Shown here one piece after another: positions 60,665 to 64,000 of a DNA stretch of 64,000 nt; the stretch's first letter is position 1; every line of letters starts with the position of its first letter. The notes beneath the pieces are model-generated. The model was not told the DNA's origin and did not search any database. It worked only from the letters and a program-made list of their open reading frames with translations. Source of the stretch: Actinomycetes bacterium (GTDB taxonomy: Bacteria > Actinomycetota > Thermoleophilia > BMS3ABIN01); NCBI GenBank assembly GCA_021785935.1, contig JAJYOG010000006.1, forward strand, positions 2,804 through 66,803. Reading direction: 5' to 3'. The translations under genes and the position numbers were made by a program.

Positions 60665-62206
60665 TTGAAAGTTAAACGAGCGCTCATATCCGTTTCCAAC
60701 AAGATCGGATTGGACAAGTTCGCCCAGTCACTCACTGATCTTGGTGTAGAGATCATTTCCACCGGCGGCACCGCCAAGTTCCTCAAGGACAAGGGCATCC
60801 CGGTTACCGGTATCAGCGACGTCACCGGCTTCCCCGAGATCCTCGGCGGACGCGTCAAGACGCTGCATCCTAACATCCATGCCGGCCTTCTCGCCGACCG
60901 CGACAACCACGAGCACATGCTGACGCTCAAGGAACAGAACATTAAACCAATTGACATGGTTGTGGTCAGCCTCTATCCCTTTGAGGAAGTATCCGGGCGC
61001 CGCGGCGTTTCCGAGGAAGAGGTCATCGAGAACATCGATGTTGGCGGTCCGACGATGATCCGCGCCGCCTCCAAGAACTTCAAGAGCGTGGCCGTGATCA
61101 CCGATCCCCGCCGCTACAATAGCATCCTCGATGAGATGAAGGAGAACGACAACCAGATCAGTTTCGAGACGCTGCGCAGCCTGGCGACACAGGCCTTCCA
61201 TACCACGGCGCACTACGACTTTGTTATCGCCAACTGGTTCAGTGAAGGCGTTTCGGACTTTCCGCCGTTCAAGCTGCTCGATTACGAGAAGATCCAGGAT
61301 CTCAAGTACGGTGAGAATCCGCACCAGCGGGCCGCTTATTATGCCGAGGTCAACGCCCGGCGGCACCTGCTGTCACGGGTCACCCAGCTGCACGGCATTG
61401 AGCTTGGCTACAACAATCTGCTCGACTTAAACGCTTCCCGCGAGCTGCTGCGCGAGTTCACGCTGCCGGCCGCGGTCGTCGTCAAGCATAATAATCCCTG
61501 CGGCGTGGCCGTGGCTGAAGACATCGGCACGGCGTACACCAAGGCGCTCGCTGCCGATCCCATCAGCGCCTTCGGCTCAGTGGTGGCGCTCAACCGCATC
61601 GTCGACGAGGAACTGGCCGAGACCATGTCCAAAAAATTCATCGAAGTCCTGATCGCGCCGGGCTTTGTCGCGGAAGCGGTCGAGATCCTGACCCGGAAGG
61701 AAAGGATCAGGCTGCTGGTCAATGAGGAACGCCGCAAGTCCGTCTCTGGTGAGCCGGCCTACCGGCAGGTCATGGGCGGCATGCTGGTGCAGGACAAGGA
61801 TTCCGGCATCGACGAGCGCGACGGCATGGAGGTCGTCACCAAACGGCATCCGACCGAGAAGGAATGGGGCGACGCCATGTTCGCCTGGAGGGTCGCCAAG
61901 CACGTGCGCTCCAACGCCATAGTCCTGGCGAACAATCTTGCCACGCTGGGAATTGGCGCCGGCCAGATGAGCCGCGTCGACTCGATGAAAATCGCGATCG
62001 ATAAATCACTGGGCGAGCTCCAGGGATCTGCGGTCGGCTCTGACGCCTTCTTCCCCTTCAGCGACTCGCTCGATCTGGCGATTGCCGCGGGGGCCACCGT
62101 GGTCATGCAGCCGGGAGGTTCCAACCGCGACGACGAGGTCATCAAGGTCTGCGACGAGAACGACCTGGCGATGGTCTTCACCAAAACCCGCCACTTCCTC
62201 CACTAA
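60665..62206 (+). CDS. purH: AICAR transformylase / IMP cyclohydrolase
   Basis: GRVKTLHP, YGENPHQ, KHNNPCG, SDAFFPF. Confidence 0.98.
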   Translation: MKVKRALISVSNKIGLDKFAQSLTDLGVEIISTGGTAKFLKDKGIPVTGISDVTGFPEILGGRVKTLHPNIHAGLLADRDNHEHMLTLKEQNIKPIDMVVVSLYPFEEVSGRRGVSEEEVIENIDVGGPTMIRAASKNFKSVAVITDPRRYNSILDEMKENDNQISFETLRSLATQAFHTTAHYDFVIANWFSEGVSDFPPFKLLDYEKIQDLKYGENPHQRAAYYAEVNARRHLLSRVTQLHGIELGYNNLLDLNASRELLREFTLPAAVVVKHNNPCGVAVAEDIGTAYTKALAADPISAFGSVVALNRIVDEELAETMSKKFIEVLIAPGFVAEAVEILTRKERIRLLVNEERRKSVSGEPAYRQVMGGMLVQDKDSGIDERDGMEVVTKRHPTEKEWGDAMFAWRVAKHVRSNAIVLANNLATLGIGAGQMSRVDSMKIAIDKSLGELQGSAVGSDAFFPFSDSLDLAIAAGATVVMQPGGSNRDDEVIKVCDENDLAMVFTKTRHFLH

Positions 62207-62215
62207 TTTCGGACT

Positions 62216-62292
62216 AATTTCGGGGACACAATACTTAATTATTGGCCGGCACCGAGGGTTCGCTGATTAATTCGGGGACACAATACTTAATT
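62216..62292 (+). repeat. 24-bp dispersed repeat, copies 11-12
   Basis: 62216-62240 and 62269-62292, both forward. Confidence 0.85.
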
Positions 62293-62383
62293 CGTCCCCA
62301 CGATGATTAGTCGCACGGCAAAGGACTTCCGCTTAGGTACTGGAATAGATTAGATTGAGCGCTTTTCCGTGCTATTACCCTAG

Positions 62384-62992
62384 GTGGGAGGGAAGATGCA
62401 AAGTTACGCGACGGATTTTCTGCTGGTCCTTCACATCATCGCCGCCATGTTGATGGCCTGGCCTTATTATGCATTGGCGGCGGTTAACCAGAGGGTGACC
62501 CTCGGGCCTCCCTTGGGCGACCGCACCGACCGCTTCTTGGAGAACATCCTCAAGAATCGCACAACTGCCTGCTATGTTTTCCAGCTGACCATCCTCGCCG
62601 GCGGCTTCGCCCTGATATGGTCGCGGGTCCATGACGGCAACCACGACGGCAACTGGTACATGACGAACAAGGTCATTGTCGCCAAGATCGTTATCCTGCT
62701 GCTTATGGCCGCTTCGCTTTCGGTAGTGCGATTCATCATCCAGCCCGAGATAGACAGGCTTTTCGGCGATTACGGCGAGATCAGCGACGAGGAAAAAAAA
62801 CGCATCATGAGCCTGCGCGTTCTGCGCAAGCGGATGTCGACCGGATGCATGTTCCTCGCTTTCGTTGCTGCCATGCTTGGCCTGCAGACTTATTACCGCT
62901 ATCCATACTGGGTGACCGGAGTAATACTCGCGGCGATCGCTCTCTGGACCTGGCGTTCTTACAAGAGTACAACCACCTTCGGCTGGGTCTGA
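62384..62992 (+). CDS. Hypothetical membrane protein
   Basis: 202 aa, about five TM segments. Confidence 0.75.
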   Translation: MGGKMQSYATDFLLVLHIIAAMLMAWPYYALAAVNQRVTLGPPLGDRTDRFLENILKNRTTACYVFQLTILAGGFALIWSRVHDGNHDGNWYMTNKVIVAKIVILLLMAASLSVVRFIIQPEIDRLFGDYGEISDEEKKRIMSLRVLRKRMSTGCMFLAFVAAMLGLQTYYRYPYWVTGVILAAIALWTWRSYKSTTTFGWV

Positions 62993-63223
62993 CGGGAAGT
63001 ACTGTGTGCTGATTCTTCGTCCTGGCGGTTGAGTCTGCTCGGCGGATGGGCGACGCTTTCGCCTGCGCCCCGCGGGTTTCAACTCCTCCGGTGACAGGAA
63101 GAAGTGGTTACCAGGCCGGTTTGCCCGATTGGGGGGCTGCTGGTACACTATGTTGTCCGCAAATGAGCGGACTTTTCGCCGATTAGCAGCCGGTTCGCCG
63201 GTCGGCGGGATTTTTCCCGGAGT

Positions 63224-63299
63224 GGGCCGTTAGCTCAGTTGGTAGAGCACCGGACTTTTAATCCGGGTGTCGCTGGTTCGAGCCCAGCACGGCTCACCA
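63224..63299 (+). tRNA. tRNA-Lys(TTT)
   Basis: 76-nt cloverleaf, anticodon arm CCGGA-CTTTTAA-TCCGG, CCA end. Confidence 0.97.
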
Positions 63300-63310
63300 A
63301 ATTTGTACCT

Positions 63311-63386
63311 GCCCCCATCGTCTAGTGGCCTAGGACACCGCCCTTTCAAGGCGGCGGCGGGGATTCGAATTCCCCTGGGGGCACCA
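63311..63386 (+). tRNA. tRNA-Glu(TTC)
   Basis: Anticodon arm CCGCC-CTTTCAA-GGCGG, CCA end. Confidence 0.97.
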
Positions 63387-63474
63387 TTTTTTACTACGGA
63401 CGTCCGCCCGGATTCGGCGGATGGTACTTTAGCCGGCGGATTACTTGTGGACAGGCAATCCGAATGGCGCCTGT

Positions 63475-63550
63475 GGGCGATTAGCTCAGCTGGGAGAGCA
63501 CCTGCTTTACACGCAGGGGGCCGGCGGTTCGAGCCCGTCATCGCCCACCA
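63475..63550 (+). tRNA. tRNA-Val(TAC)
   Basis: Anticodon arm CCTGC-TTTACAC-GCAGG, CCA end. Confidence 0.97.
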
Positions 63551-63568
63551 AGCTTCCTACCCCTTGAG

Positions 63569-63593
63569 AATGCCTTGCCCAAGGCATTTTTTA
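63569..63593 (+). terminator. Hairpin plus T-tract after tRNA-Val
   Basis: AATGCCTTG-CC-CAAGGCATT followed by T run; same motif as the cassette junction hairpin. Confidence 0.7.
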
Positions 63594-63771
63594 CCGATTT
63601 CTTGACAGCAAAGTTGGCTCGAAATTAATCGCGTACATGGTTTTATTAGACAGACAGATTTGCCATCAGACTGAATAACTTGAGACAAGTCTGGATAGAG
63701 CGCGTTTGTTGAACGAAAGCTTGATCTCATTCGTTAAACCAAATCAACTTACGCATCATCCTGGAAGAGCC

Positions 63772-64000
63772 TCACATAAGGCCCAAAATCCCCGTGATCT
63801 CCTTGATGTCATTGACAGTTACAATGGTCCTCAAATAGAGTGTCTCCAGTACCTTGTGCCCACTGGCCGCGGCGCGGCCCAATTTTTCAGTGATTGCCAG
63901 CCTGTGTGATTCGCGCTGCTCAAGAATCTTGCGTGCGGTTCTTGCCGCCTCGTTGCTCACTTCGGCAACGCCTCGCAAGAAGAACGGAAAAAAGCGATTA
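63772..64000 (-). pseudogene. Fic family protein C-terminal fragment
   Basis: FFLRGVAEVS...HKVLETLYLRTIVTV resembles the Fic C-terminal region; ends before the usual winged-helix tail. Confidence 0.55.

Noticed and set aside
63230-63605. ORFs spanning the tRNA cluster
   Set aside because: Spurious translations of tRNA genes

Overview
GC-rich bacterial chromosome segment; gene content and a DtxR/IdeR-type box suggest a deep-branching, probably anaerobic Actinomycetota (Thermoleophilia-like; inference only). Positions 1-18 kb are a decaying accessory region. Its first 9 kb is a tandem array of 1.2-5 kb integrase-free cassettes separated by a repeated ~150-bp junction with a tRNA/tmRNA-like 3' end. 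Cargo includes MNT-HEPN, Mrr, HicAB, a duplicated 42-43-aa microprotein, Nramp, a SoxB-like hydrolase and a methyltransferase, plus group IIC intron and IS200 remnants. It is followed by thiM, an FTR1 permease and an arsR-hgcA-hgcB mercury-methylation locus. Positions 20-30 kb hold an unannotated 20-aa Cys/Ser-rich peptide beside a radical SAM/SPASM enzyme (candidate new RiPP system), a candidate structured RNA, and a multiheme cytochrome/NrfD/molybdopterin respiratory cluster. Positions 30-63 kb are largely core: ppaC, long-form SRP RNA, dnaX-ybaB-recR, purA, ychF, purD, purE, msrA/B, purBCSQLFMNH and three tRNAs, with 12 copies of a 24-bp intergenic repeat. All calls are from by-eye reading of the sequence and ORF track; no database searches were run.
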